41,700 nt of DNA from Thermoplasmata archaeon (GTDB lineage Archaea; Thermoplasmatota; DTKX01; JAHFTX01), in contig JAHFTX010000028.1 of NCBI GenBank assembly GCA_023265395.1, positions 1 through 41,700 of the forward strand, in the 5' to 3' direction. Under the pieces are notes generated by a model. It saw only the letters and a program-made list of their open reading frames with translations. It had not been told where the DNA came from and did not search any database. The position numbers and the translations under genes are program-made. Each line of letters starts with the position of its first letter. Positions within the stretch are counted from its first letter, which is position 1. Below, one piece after another: positions 1-9,690 of this stretch.

Positions 1-165
1 CTACCAACGGGCGGCGGTCACGACGACCCTCGTCCTGCGCACTGCCACGGTGCAGCAAGAACGGGAGCGGCTGCCGACGATCGAGTCCCTGCTGGCAGAG
101 GCAGGGGTCGCCCCGCGGGCACAGACTTAAGGGTGCGACCGAGGATTTGTCGGGGGTTCAACGGC

Positions 166-1317
166 ATGGACGATGGGCGAGCGGTCCTGGTGCTCGACGA
201 TGGTACCACGGTCGAGGGCAGGGCGGCAGGCGCCTCCCGCACCGTCTATGGCGAACTGGTGTTCACCACCGGGATGACCGGCTACCAGGAGGCGCTGACC
301 GACCCCTCCTACCGCGGCCAGTTGCTGATGTTCACCTATCCCCTCATCGGCAACTACGGGGTCGACCTGCGCTCGATGGAGTCGGGCGGGGTGCAGGCGA
401 CCGCCGCCGTGGCACGGGAGTTCTGTGCCTACCCCTCCCACCGCAACAGCGAGATGACCGTCTCCGAGTTCCTGCGGGACAATGGCGCGCCGGGCATCAG
501 CGGCCTCGACACCCGGGCGCTGACCATCCTCACGCGCGAGCGCGGGACGATGCGGGCGGCCTTGGTCGTCGGCGAGGAGCTCCCCACCCTCGAGGCGGTG
601 CGCAAGACCGTCCGCACGATGGACTTCCCCGATGCCCGCAACCTCGTCGGCGAGGTCAGCATCGGGCGCATCATCACCCACAAGCCGCGGGGGGAACCGC
701 GTTTGCGGATCGGCCTGCTCGACTGTGGCGTCAAGGCCTCGATCATCTCGCAGCTGACCGCCTGTGGCGCCCTGGTGGTCCACTTCCCCTACGACACTCC
801 CGCCGAGACCATCCTCGAGCACCGCCTCGATGGCCTGCTGATCAGCAACGGCCCAGGCGACCCCGCGCACCCGCGGCTGCTCCAGACGACGGTCCCGACC
901 CTCAGGACGCTCGCGCCAGAGTTCCCTCTGATGGGGATCTGCCTGGGACACCAGTTGCTCCACCTGGCATTCGGCGGCCACACCTTCAAGCTCAAGTTCG
1001 GTCATCGGGGCGTCAACCAACCGGTGCAGGACCTGCGCACCGGACGTGTGTACATCACCTCGCAGAACCACGGCTTCGCCGCTGCTGCCGAGGGACTGGG
1101 GTCTGAGATCGAGGTCACCCAAGCCAACGTCAATGACGGCACGGTCGAGGGGTTGCGGCATACCGAGCTGCCCATCTGGTCGGTGCAGTACCACCCCGAG
1201 GCATCCCCCGGTCCCCGCGACACGCGGTTCCTCTTCGAGACCTTCGCCGCCCTGCTGCGCGGCGAGGACCCGCCGCTCGCCGGCGGCGGTCCGGGAGGCT
1301 CCCATGCCAAAGCGTGA
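166..1317 (+). CDS. carA: carbamoyl-phosphate synthase small subunit (class I glutamine amidotransferase)
   Basis: ORF 133..1317 (GTG 133). ATG at 166 gives the canonical N-terminus MDDGRAVLVLDDGTTVEG. GATase catalytic Cys is in GICLGHQLL and the His/Glu region sits near the C-terminus. The stop overlaps the carB ATG by 14 nt (ATGCCAAAGCGTGA). Confidence 0.9.
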   Translation: MDDGRAVLVLDDGTTVEGRAAGASRTVYGELVFTTGMTGYQEALTDPSYRGQLLMFTYPLIGNYGVDLRSMESGGVQATAAVAREFCAYPSHRNSEMTVSEFLRDNGAPGISGLDTRALTILTRERGTMRAALVVGEELPTLEAVRKTVRTMDFPDARNLVGEVSIGRIITHKPRGEPRLRIGLLDCGVKASIISQLTACGALVVHFPYDTPAETILEHRLDGLLISNGPGDPAHPRLLQTTVPTLRTLAPEFPLMGICLGHQLLHLAFGGHTFKLKFGHRGVNQPVQDLRTGRVYITSQNHGFAAAAEGLGSEIEVTQANVNDGTVEGLRHTELPIWSVQYHPEASPGPRDTRFLFETFAALLRGEDPPLAGGGPGGSHAKA

Positions 1318-4300
1318 GGACCTCCGGCGGTTGATGATCATCGGCAGCGGCCCCATCGTCATCGGCGCGGCGGGCGAGTTCGACTACAGCGGGTCGCAGG
1401 CGACCAAGAGCCTGCGGGAGGAGGGCTACGAGGTGGTGGTGGTCAACTCCAACCCCGCGACGATCCAGACCGACCTCTCGCTGGCGGACCGCGTCTACCT
1501 CGAGCCGCTGACCGCCGAGGTGGTCGAACAGATCCTCGAACGGGAGCGGCCACAAGGCATCCTCTCGGGCATGGGCGGCCAGACCGCGCTCAACCTCTGC
1601 TCCGAGCTCAGCGAGCAGGGCGTGCTCCAGCGGCTGGGCGTCGAGCTGCTGGGGACCCAGGCCTCCGCCATCGCCGCCTCCGAGGACCGCGACCTGTTCG
1701 CCAAGACGATGGCCTCCATCGGGCAGCCGGTGATGGCCTCGACGGCCGTCACCAACGTCGAGGATGGGCTTGCCGCCGCAGACCGGCTGGGCTACCCGGT
1801 GATCTTGCGCGCGGCGTACACCTTGGGTGGTCTGGGCAGCGGCATCTGCAACGACCGCACCCAGCTGCGCGAGCTGCTCCCCAAGGGGTTGGCCTACAGC
1901 CGCATCCACCAGGTGCTCGTCGAGGAATGTGTGCTGGGCTGGAAGGAGTTCGAGTACGAGATCGTCCGCGACAACGCCGACACCTGCATCACCATCTGCA
2001 ACATGGAGAACCTCGATGCCATGGGGATCCACACCGGCGAGAGCATCGTCGTCTCCCCTGCCCAGACGCTCAGCGACGCCGACCACCAGCAGCTGCGTTC
2101 GGCAGCCCTCGACATCATCCGCACCCTCGACATCCGCGGCGGGTGCAACATCCAGTACGCGACCAACCCCATCGACGGCCAGTACCGCGTCATCGAGGTC
2201 AACCCGCGTGTCTCGCGCAGCAGCGCGTTGGCCTCCAAGGCCACCGGATACCCCATCGCCCGCGTGGCGGCGAAGATCGCCGTCGGCCTCAACCTCCACG
2301 AGATCCCCAACGCCGTCACGGGCAAGACGATGGCCAGCTTCGAGCCGACGCTCGACTACGTGGTGCTCAAGACCCCCAGCTGGCCCTTCGAGAAGTTCCG
2401 CACCGCCGACCGCCACATCGGCACCCAGATGAAGTCCACCGGCGAGGTCATGGCCATCGGCCGCTCCATCGAGGAGGCGCTGCTCAAGGCGATCCGCTCG
2501 CTCGACGTCAACCGCCAGGGCTTCCAGCAGCCCCGCTGGGGCACCGACGAACTGGTCGCCGAGCTGGTACGCCCCACCGACCGGCGCCTCTTCGCCATCG
2601 CCGAAGCACTGCGCCAAGGCATGCGCCCCTCGACCATCGCCGACCTGACCAAATGGGATGAGTTCTTCGTGCGCAAGGTCGGCGCGGTGGTGGCCATGGA
2701 GCAGCGCGTCCGAACCGACCCCTCGCCCCTGATCCTGCGCGAAGCCTTCTCCATGGGCTTCACCCCCACGCACCTGGCCCGCATCCTCAACCGCCCCCCC
2801 GAGGAGCTGCGCGAACAGCTCAAGCTGCGGCGGACCTTCAAGATGGTCGACACGTGCGGCGCCGAGTTCTCGGCGACGACGCCCTATTACTATTCGACCT
2901 TCGAAGAACCGCTCTCGCGCGGGCAGATGGCCGAGGGGAGCGCGTCGCAGCAGGAGGAAGGCACGCGCAGCGGGAGGACCCGCAAGGTGGTGATCGTGGG
3001 CGGGGGCCCCTTCCGCATCGGCCAGGGGATCGAGTTCGACACCTGCGCCGTCAATGGGGTGCAGGCGCTGCGGGAAGCGGGGATCGAGGCGGTGGTGGTC
3101 AACAACAACCCCGAGACCGTCTCGACCGACTTCGACATCAGCGATCGGCTCTACTTCGAGCCGCTGACCCTCGACGACCTCGTCGAGGTCCTCCACCGTG
3201 AGGAGCCCGAGGGCGTCATCCTCCAGTTCGGCGGCCAGACGGCCATCAACCTCGCGCTGCCGCTGGAACGCTATCTGCGCGCCCACCCGCAGCTCCCCAC
3301 CAGGATCCTGGGGACCTCCGCCGAGGCGATGGATCGCGCCGAGGACCGCAACCAGTTCGATGGGCTGCTCGAGCGCCTCGAGGTGTTGCGGCCTGCTGGC
3401 GGCACGGGGTACAGCTTCTCCGAGGTGCGCAGCGTCGCGCACCGGATCGGTTACCCGGTGCTCGTGCGGCCCTCCTACGTGCTGGGCGGTCGCGGCATGG
3501 AGATCGTCTACGACGAGCGGCAGCTCGAGCAGTACATGGAGACTGCCGTGAAGGTCTCCCCTGACCATCCGGTCCTGGTGGACAAGTACCTGACCGAGGC
3601 GACCGAGCTCGATGTCGACGCGGTCTGCGACGGCACCGATGTATTCATCGGCGGCATCATGGAGCACATCGAGCAGGCGGGGGTCCACAGCGGCGACGCC
3701 TCCTGCGTCCTGCCGCCGCAGAACCTCAGCGGCGAGGTCCTCAACGAGGTCCGGCGAGTCACGCGACAGGTCAGCATCGGCCTGGGCGTCGTGGGACTGA
3801 TCAACATCCAGCTGGCCGTCAAGGAGGGGCGGGTCTTCATGATCGAGGCCAACCCGCGGGCGAGCCGCACGGTCCCCTTCGTCTCCAAGGCGATCCACCA
3901 CAACCTCGCCCGGGTGGCGACGCTGGTGATGGTGGGGCGCACCCTCAAGGAGCAGGGGCTCGTCGGCGAGGCCGCCCCGCAGCTGATCGCCGTCAAGGCG
4001 CCGGTGTTCCCGTTCCTCAAGCTCCCGGGGGTCGATGCGGTGCTCGGGCCGGAGATGAAGTCCACCGGCGAGGTCATGGGCATCGACCGCACGTTCGAGC
4101 GGGGCTACTTCAAGGCCAGCCTCGGCAGCGGCAACGCGCTGCCGTTGCAGGGGAACGTCTACCTGACGATGCGCGACCCCGACAAGCCCGGTGCCGTCGA
4201 GGTCGCGCGGATGCTCCGCAGCGCGGGGTTGGGGCTCTATGCCTCCAAGGGCACCGCCGGCTACCTTCGGGACCACGGCATCGAGGTGACCACGGCGTGG

Positions 4301-4591
4301 CTGATCAGCGAGGCGCGCTCCCCCGACGCATTGGACCTGATGCGCAGCGGCAAGGTGCAGCTGGTCATCAACACCCCGACCGCCGGCTCGGGTTCCCAAC
4401 GCGACGGGTACATGATGCGACGGCTGGCGGTGGAGCTGGGGATCCCCTTCCTGACGACCCTGTCGGCGGCCCGGGCGGCCGCGCGCGCGATCCTTGCCGC
4501 ACGGGAGCACCCGCTGGAGGTCCAGGCGCTCCACGACATCCCACCGGCGCCGATCATCCCCGTGGAGGGTCCCTCATCGGCCGCTCCCTGA
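1304..4591 (+). CDS. carB: carbamoyl-phosphate synthase large subunit
   Basis: The frame of ORF 1046..4591 is Arg/Pro-rich junk before the ATG at 1304. From there MPKREDLRRLMIIGSGPIVIGAAGEFDYSGSQA matches the CarB N-terminus. The duplicated ATP-grasp halves are visible (second half KVVIVGGGPFRIGQGIEFDTCAV) and the MGS-like C-terminal domain is present. Confidence 0.92.
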   Translation: MPKREDLRRLMIIGSGPIVIGAAGEFDYSGSQATKSLREEGYEVVVVNSNPATIQTDLSLADRVYLEPLTAEVVEQILERERPQGILSGMGGQTALNLCSELSEQGVLQRLGVELLGTQASAIAASEDRDLFAKTMASIGQPVMASTAVTNVEDGLAAADRLGYPVILRAAYTLGGLGSGICNDRTQLRELLPKGLAYSRIHQVLVEECVLGWKEFEYEIVRDNADTCITICNMENLDAMGIHTGESIVVSPAQTLSDADHQQLRSAALDIIRTLDIRGGCNIQYATNPIDGQYRVIEVNPRVSRSSALASKATGYPIARVAAKIAVGLNLHEIPNAVTGKTMASFEPTLDYVVLKTPSWPFEKFRTADRHIGTQMKSTGEVMAIGRSIEEALLKAIRSLDVNRQGFQQPRWGTDELVAELVRPTDRRLFAIAEALRQGMRPSTIADLTKWDEFFVRKVGAVVAMEQRVRTDPSPLILREAFSMGFTPTHLARILNRPPEELREQLKLRRTFKMVDTCGAEFSATTPYYYSTFEEPLSRGQMAEGSASQQEEGTRSGRTRKVVIVGGGPFRIGQGIEFDTCAVNGVQALREAGIEAVVVNNNPETVSTDFDISDRLYFEPLTLDDLVEVLHREEPEGVILQFGGQTAINLALPLERYLRAHPQLPTRILGTSAEAMDRAEDRNQFDGLLERLEVLRPAGGTGYSFSEVRSVAHRIGYPVLVRPSYVLGGRGMEIVYDERQLEQYMETAVKVSPDHPVLVDKYLTEATELDVDAVCDGTDVFIGGIMEHIEQAGVHSGDASCVLPPQNLSGEVLNEVRRVTRQVSIGLGVVGLINIQLAVKEGRVFMIEANPRASRTVPFVSKAIHHNLARVATLVMVGRTLKEQGLVGEAAPQLIAVKAPVFPFLKLPGVDAVLGPEMKSTGEVMGIDRTFERGYFKASLGSGNALPLQGNVYLTMRDPDKPGAVEVARMLRSAGLGLYASKGTAGYLRDHGIEVTTAWLISEARSPDALDLMRSGKVQLVINTPTAGSGSQRDGYMMRRLAVELGIPFLTTLSAARAAARAILAAREHPLEVQALHDIPPAPIIPVEGPSSAAP

Positions 4592-4647
4592 TCCCTGCAG
4601 CGACGCTCTGCCTGCAGGAGCAACAGCCCCCCTCTACGGGACTCTCC

Positions 4648-5367
4648 GTGGTGCCACGTCCACGACCGCAGTCGACGCGCCTCCCGCCGCCCTGGGCGAT
4701 CCAACTCGACTTCGACGGCACCATCACCACCTTCGACGTCGCCGTCGCGTGCTGCCGCACCTGGGGCAAGCCCGACTGGGAACGGTGGGACGACCGCTGG
4801 CGCGCCAAGGAGGTCACCCTGCGAGAGTTGCTGCGGAACCAGTACGAGGCCATCGAGGCCAGTGCCGCGCAGATGCGCGCACTGGTCCGCCAGCGGGTCC
4901 ACGCGCGTGCCGGGTTCGATTCACTGGTGGCGTGGTCGATCGCCACGCAGGTGCCGATGGTGGTGGTCAGCGAGGGCATCGACCTGCTGCTCGAGGAGAC
5001 CTTCGCCAAGTTGCGGATCGACATCGGCTACCGCACCAACCTCGCGCACTTCGTCGGCCCCACGCAGCTGTCGCTCTCCTTCCCCTCGACGGTGCAGGGC
5101 TGCGACGTCTGCACGGCCGACCAGTGCGGCACCTGCAAGAGCGAGGTGGTGCGCACCCTGCAGTCGTGGGGGTACCGTGTCGCGTTCGTGGGCGATGGCG
5201 AGATCGACCTCTACAGCGCCACGATCGCGGACGCGGTCTTCGCCACCGGCGCGCTGGTCGACCACTGCCAGCGTGCCGGGATCGGATGCACCGCCTTCTC
5301 GGACTTCTCCGAGATAATCCCCCCGCTGCAGCGGTTGCGCGGCGACGGCCACCCACCCGCACCTTGA
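4648..5367 (+). CDS. HAD-superfamily subfamily IB phosphatase, MtnX-like (2-hydroxy-3-keto-5-methylthiopentenyl-1-phosphate phosphatase family)
   Basis: Motif I is LDFDGTIT. A Cys cluster CDVCTADQCGTCK and FVGDGEIDLYSATIADAVFA resemble MtnX CDG..C..CGCCK and GDSVTDL..A..AD.VFA. ORF 4297..5367 overlaps the carB 3' end and its N-terminal part is junk. I picked GTG 4648 (or 4651) just after the carB stop; the start is uncertain. Confidence 0.55.
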   Translation: MVPRPRPQSTRLPPPWAIQLDFDGTITTFDVAVACCRTWGKPDWERWDDRWRAKEVTLRELLRNQYEAIEASAAQMRALVRQRVHARAGFDSLVAWSIATQVPMVVVSEGIDLLLEETFAKLRIDIGYRTNLAHFVGPTQLSLSFPSTVQGCDVCTADQCGTCKSEVVRTLQSWGYRVAFVGDGEIDLYSATIADAVFATGALVDHCQRAGIGCTAFSDFSEIIPPLQRLRGDGHPPAP

Positions 5368-5394
5368 TACTGCCGCAGGAGGTGGCACAAGCCC

Positions 5395-5886
5395 ATGGTG
5401 GCGACCGAGCTCTTGCTGGTGCTCCGCATCGCCCATGTGCTGTGCGCCGCGCTCTGGTTCGGCGCCGAGATGCTCTGGCATTCCCTGCTCTGGGAGGTCC
5501 CGCAGCGCGATTCGCCCGAAGCGGTGGGTGAGCGGCTCGGCCCGCTGCTCGGACCATCGACCAAGATGCTCGAGGGCGCAGAGGTCGCCACGATCGTCAG
5601 CGGGCTGCTGCTCCTGTCCGTGATCGGTGTCGGCCCTGGATGGTTCTCCACCCCGCGCGGCCTGCGCTTCTTGGGGGCGATGGCCCTGGCGGTCGGTGCC
5701 TTCCTGCTGGGGCTGGTGAGCGAGCGCGCGCTGGGCACGGCGCTGCTCACGGGCGTCGGACGGCCCATCGTGCCGCTGGCCGAGCGAGTCCAGCGGCTGC
5801 GGCTCGGGCGCCGCCTCGTCTCGCTGGAGCTCCTGCTTCTGACCTGCGTGCTGCTGCTGATGGTCCTGCAGACGGCTGGGTACTAG
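5395..5886 (+). CDS. small integral membrane protein (about 4 TM helices), function unknown
   Basis: ATG 5395 is preceded by AGGAGG 10 nt upstream. The hydrophobic helices are spaced like a TM bundle (MVATELLLVLRIAHVLCAALWFGAEML...; LLLLSVIGVGPGWF; FLGAMALAVGAFLLGLV; LLLLTCVLLLMVLQT). Composition is balanced, unlike the overlapping junk frames. Confidence 0.5.
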   Translation: MVATELLLVLRIAHVLCAALWFGAEMLWHSLLWEVPQRDSPEAVGERLGPLLGPSTKMLEGAEVATIVSGLLLLSVIGVGPGWFSTPRGLRFLGAMALAVGAFLLGLVSERALGTALLTGVGRPIVPLAERVQRLRLGRRLVSLELLLLTCVLLLMVLQTAGY

Positions 5887-7700
5887 CCGCGCTCGCTGCC
5901 GGTGACGGCCACCACCTCGATGGTGCCATCGGCATAGATCGGGAGGTAGGGCGCATGACGGAACTTCTCGCGTGCGGCGCCCTCGAGCCTCGGGGGCGTC
6001 TGCCATTGCTCGAGGGCGACGCCGTCGTCGAACGCGCTCGAGAGCACCACGGCATCGACCCGATGCGATCCCGATGGGCTCGGTTGCGGCTGGCGCGGAT
6101 CGGGCCGATAGGGGTCGTCCGAGAGGAGCAGCTCACCTCCCTCCTCCCAGCTGGCATGCAGCCCCCCCGCTCCAAAGAGCGACGAGCTGAGCCGATGGTC
6201 GCTGACGACGGCTGCATCATCTGGGAGGGTCGCAGCGGCCCAGACGACCCCGTTGAGCTCGGCCGCGGTCGTGCCCTCCTGAAAACCACCGACCGCGCTC
6301 GCGTTCGGTTGCGCGCCCAGCGGGAGAACGAGCAGCAGGGACACCAGCCCCGCGATCGGCAGGACTCGGGCGCGGGGGCCGATTCCCCTGCGCGCGCCGA
6401 GGTGCTCCCACAGGGCGCGGGCACCAAGGCCGATGAAGAGCGACGCGGGGAGCCACACGAAGGGCATCACCCGATAGGAGAGCAGCACGGTGCTGCGGCT
6501 GGCGATCGCCAGCACGAGGACGAGCCCCTGCGAGAGGACCCACACGAAGAGGAACAACCCGCCGCGGCGGAAGGGCGCCAGCGTGAAGCCGGCGGCGCAG
6601 AAGGAGAGCACCAGCAGCAGCGGCAGCAGCCCGACCAGCTCGCGCGAAGGGACGGAGACCGCGATCCCCGGTATCGGCCCCAGCAGCGCGACCGCGAACA
6701 CTCCTGCTGCACCGACAACATAGAGGAGCCAGTTGGTCAACCCCTTGGCGGCCGAGGGGTAGGTGTACCTCCGACGGAACACCAGCAGCCGCCGACGCAG
6801 CAGCACGAGCAACGGGAGGAGAGCGACCGCGCCGGCGGAAAGGCCGACGAGCACCGACGGTGGGAGGCCGGTGCCCCGGACGAGGATCTGCTGCCCAAAG
6901 GGACCCCCCAGCTCCCCCCAGTAGGCACCAAGGAACACCGCCAGCGGTGCGAGGATGGCAAGCCTCGGAAGCAGCACCATGCCGTCGGTGCGCACGGCGC
7001 GCAGCTCGTCGACGAGGAGGATGATCCCCAGCGGCAGCAGGGTCAGGGCCGCCGTCAGGTGATGGGTGAGCACCAGGGCGCTGCCGCAGAGCAGCCCCCC
7101 CATGGCCGAGAGCGGGCGACGGGGTGCCATGGCCACGAGCAGCACCACCGCCAACCCCAGCGGCTCGGCAAGCGCTGCGGGCATCGGATGGCTGCCGCCA
7201 AAGACCAGCGGCATCGCAGCGGCATCGACGAAGGCCGCCACCAGTGCCGCGACCCGGTCCTGCAGCAGCCAGTGCGCCAGCAGGAAGGCCATCAGCACGG
7301 TCAGCGTGTTGAGGGCCGGCACCACGACCTGCAGCAGCGGGAGCAGCCCCTGCTGCGTCGCGACGCCCGTGGCGCCACTCGGGAAGGGGCCTGCCGACCC
7401 TAGGCCACTGAGCAGCGCCAGCGAGTCGATGACCACCTCCATGCCCGGAAAGTAGGGGTAGGTCACCCCCCAACCAAGGTAGGGTGCCGGGACGGTCCCG
7501 CGCTCGAGCAGCGCCTCGGCCAGCCACAGGTACTCGCCGCTGTCGCTCCCCCAGAGCACGGCGTGCAGCAGCGGCTGCAGGCGCAGCAGCAGCCCCAGCA
7601 GCAGCGCGGAGCCCAACGCAGCGAGGACCCAGCGACGCGAGGATCCGTCGGCGACGCTCCCGGGGCGCAGGTCGGCCCCCTGCAACGGACGCGACACCAT
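5883..7700 (-). CDS. polytopic membrane protein, GT-C-type glycosyltransferase-like (ArnT/PMT/DUF2079-like)
   Basis: ORF 5883..7847 (-). The first 49 codons are Arg/Pro-rich, so the start was moved to ATG 7700 (MVSRPLQGADLRPG...). There are more than 10 predicted TM helices, with a soluble C-terminal domain of about 150 aa after the last TM. Converges with the 5395..5886 gene. Confidence 0.5.
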   Translation of the reverse strand: MVSRPLQGADLRPGSVADGSSRRWVLAALGSALLLGLLLRLQPLLHAVLWGSDSGEYLWLAEALLERGTVPAPYLGWGVTYPYFPGMEVVIDSLALLSGLGSAGPFPSGATGVATQQGLLPLLQVVVPALNTLTVLMAFLLAHWLLQDRVAALVAAFVDAAAMPLVFGGSHPMPAALAEPLGLAVVLLVAMAPRRPLSAMGGLLCGSALVLTHHLTAALTLLPLGIILLVDELRAVRTDGMVLLPRLAILAPLAVFLGAYWGELGGPFGQQILVRGTGLPPSVLVGLSAGAVALLPLLVLLRRRLLVFRRRYTYPSAAKGLTNWLLYVVGAAGVFAVALLGPIPGIAVSVPSRELVGLLPLLLVLSFCAAGFTLAPFRRGGLFLFVWVLSQGLVLVLAIASRSTVLLSYRVMPFVWLPASLFIGLGARALWEHLGARRGIGPRARVLPIAGLVSLLLVLPLGAQPNASAVGGFQEGTTAAELNGVVWAAATLPDDAAVVSDHRLSSSLFGAGGLHASWEEGGELLLSDDPYRPDPRQPQPSPSGSHRVDAVVLSSAFDDGVALEQWQTPPRLEGAAREKFRHAPYLPIYADGTIEVVAVTGSERG

Positions 7701-7761
7701 CGGGAGGGACTCCACCGCTGCCAGCTGGCTCCCGGTGCTTAGGCGTAGCGGTCGGCGCACC

Positions 7762-8982
7762 CTAGGGGTTGGCGAAGCAGTAGTGGAGAGTCCGTCCGGC
7801 CCGCAGTGCCTCGACGCGCGTGCGAACGTCCTGACCGCGCATCGCATCGTGGATCAGATGGGCGATCTCCCCCATCTCCGCCGGCTTCATCCCCAAGCGC
7901 GTGACCTCGTTGACCCCGGCGCGCCCGACCGCATCGATGATCAGCTGCTGCTTCTCGAGCCGTGCGCTGAGGGTGACGATGTCGGCGCCCATGCGCTCCT
8001 CCAGCGCCGGCTGGTCGAAGAGGACCTGGTGGCTCTCGGTGTAGCCCTCCGAGGCAAAGCGCATGGGGACGCCGCACTCGTCGAGGGCGTGTGCCAGCGC
8101 CCGTGCGTTGGTGACCACGGCCCGGGCGTAGGCGCACCCGTAGTTCTGCAGCTCGAGCAGCGCCTCGGTCAGGGCGGCGATGCGGTTCCAGTGGGCATTG
8201 TCGATGGTCCGCCAGGTGGTGTTGTCCTCGAAGCGCGGCCCCAGCTCGGCGCCCCGGTTGGAGAGGAGGATGCCCCCTTGCGGCCCGAAGAGGGTCTTGT
8301 GGGTCGATCCCAGGAGCACGGTGCAGCCCTCGGCCAGCGGGTGCTGGAACTCGTTGCCACCGATCAAGCCCATCACATGCGAGCCGTCGTAGACGACGCT
8401 CGTGCCGGCGCTGGCGGCGGCCTTGACGATCGGTGCCAGGTCGTAGGGGAAGGGGAAGTAGCTCTGCCCCAGCACCACCAGCGTCGGCGTGTGATCCTCG
8501 ATCAGCCCTGCCGTCGCCTGCGCATCGACCCCCCAGCGGCGCTCCGCAAAGGGCAGCTCGATGGTGCGTAGCCCCAGCATCTGCGGCAGGTAGTCGCCAC
8601 CATAGCCGTCGTAGCCCCCCATGCGCCAGGGGATGATCCCGATGGTGTCGCCGCGCTTGGCCAACGTCGTCAGCGCCAGCATGGCCGCGATGTGGCCCCC
8701 TAGAGGGCGCAACGAAGCGTACTCACTCTGGTAGACCGCCTTGGCGATGGCGCAGCCCTCGCGTTCGACCAGGTCGAGGTACCGGGTCCCTCGGTAGGCG
8801 TTGTCGATCCGCTGACCGCCGATGGTACCATCGCGGAAGGGGAGGGTGTAGCGGTTGCCGAAGTCGCTCGCGAGGAGCTCCCGGACCGCCGCTGAGGCCG
8901 AATTCTCGCTGGGGATGAGGTTGAGGCAGCTCGCCCGCCAGCGCTCATGGTGCTCGACGAAGGGTCGGATCGTCTCGTACAT
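7762..8982 (-). CDS. glyA: serine hydroxymethyltransferase family PLP-dependent enzyme (archaeal-type GlyA-like)
   Basis: N-terminal NLIPSENSASAAVRELLASDFGNRYT fits the SHMT fold. The PLP lysine motif STHKTLFGPQGGILLSN is present. Protein is 406 aa. TATA-like CCTATTAGGG (minus orientation) lies about 35-40 nt upstream of the start. Confidence 0.82.
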   Translation of the reverse strand: MYETIRPFVEHHERWRASCLNLIPSENSASAAVRELLASDFGNRYTLPFRDGTIGGQRIDNAYRGTRYLDLVEREGCAIAKAVYQSEYASLRPLGGHIAAMLALTTLAKRGDTIGIIPWRMGGYDGYGGDYLPQMLGLRTIELPFAERRWGVDAQATAGLIEDHTPTLVVLGQSYFPFPYDLAPIVKAAASAGTSVVYDGSHVMGLIGGNEFQHPLAEGCTVLLGSTHKTLFGPQGGILLSNRGAELGPRFEDNTTWRTIDNAHWNRIAALTEALLELQNYGCAYARAVVTNARALAHALDECGVPMRFASEGYTESHQVLFDQPALEERMGADIVTLSARLEKQQLIIDAVGRAGVNEVTRLGMKPAEMGEIAHLIHDAMRGQDVRTRVEALRAGRTLHYCFANP

Positions 8983-9134
8983 GGTCGCACCGTGGCGCCC
9001 CAGCCCCAGGTCGCCCTAATAGGTTGCGCCATCGGGGCTGGGTGCGTGGTCGACACCGAGGGCATCCTCTGCCGCGGGCTTCTCCGGGACCTCGTCCCCA
9101 AGATTGAAGGCTGACCTGCCACACCTGCACGTTC

Positions 9135-9596
9135 GTGAGTCTGCTCAACTCGCTGCGGATCGCCCTCCCCAAGGAGGCCTTCCTCCCGGGGGAGCACGCG
9201 ACGGCCTTGGTCGAGCTCGAGCTCATCCGCCAGGTCCACGTCGATGAGCTCCGCTGGGAGTGCATCACCTCGACCTATCAGCTGGCCCGCCGCAGGGACC
9301 CGATTCGCATCGGATACCGCGGTGGCTACTCCTACCCCGACGGCGCCTACAACATCTCGCGGGTCGTCGGCCGCACCAACGGCCTCTTCGTCCAGGACCG
9401 CGACCTGGAGGAGGCGGTCTGGCAGTTCGACCTGCCCTTCCGCGTGCTGCCCCACCGGCCTTCGAGGATGGCGGAGCGCAGCAAGTACGCGCATGTCCAG
9501 CTGGCAGTGGTCGCCACGCTGGCCAAGGCACGGGACCTGCGCGCATGGGCCAAGGTCCCCATCATGGATCCGTCCGACGGCAAGGTCTGGGTCTGA
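9135..9596 (+). CDS. hypothetical protein (no recognisable domain)
   Basis: ORF with balanced composition, unlike the overlapping junk frames. It starts at GTG 9135 with no in-frame ATG near the start. Divergent from glyA. Confidence 0.35.
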   Translation: MSLLNSLRIALPKEAFLPGEHATALVELELIRQVHVDELRWECITSTYQLARRRDPIRIGYRGGYSYPDGAYNISRVVGRTNGLFVQDRDLEEAVWQFDLPFRVLPHRPSRMAERSKYAHVQLAVVATLAKARDLRAWAKVPIMDPSDGKVWV

Positions 9597-9690
9597 CCGG
9601 GCCCTCCTCGGGACTGCCGGGCGATGGCTTCATCCCCTCGCACCCCCAGCACCACGTCGTGCGACCTGAAGCGGTCGCGGGAGGGACGCC

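Noticed and set aside
1046-1303. N-terminal extension of the carB ORF back to 1046
   Set aside because: Translation is Arg/Ser/Pro-rich nonsense overlapping the carA 3' end. The canonical CarB N-terminus begins at ATG 1304.
1130-4534. 1134-aa ORF antisense to carB (and similar antisense ORFs 127..1362, 21646..23787, 29552..31678, 31866..34025, 36101..37546, 27060..28685)
   Set aside because: Arg/Gly/Ala/Pro/His-dominated translations with no motifs, lying opposite confidently identified genes. These are the long stop-free antisense frames expected in GC-rich DNA.
5640-7403. 587-aa + strand ORF and 6217..7527 (-) ORF
   Set aside because: Both overlap the polytopic membrane protein gene (5883..7700) and are Arg/Pro/Gln-rich with no domains. 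The minus-strand frame encoding TM helices is the real one.
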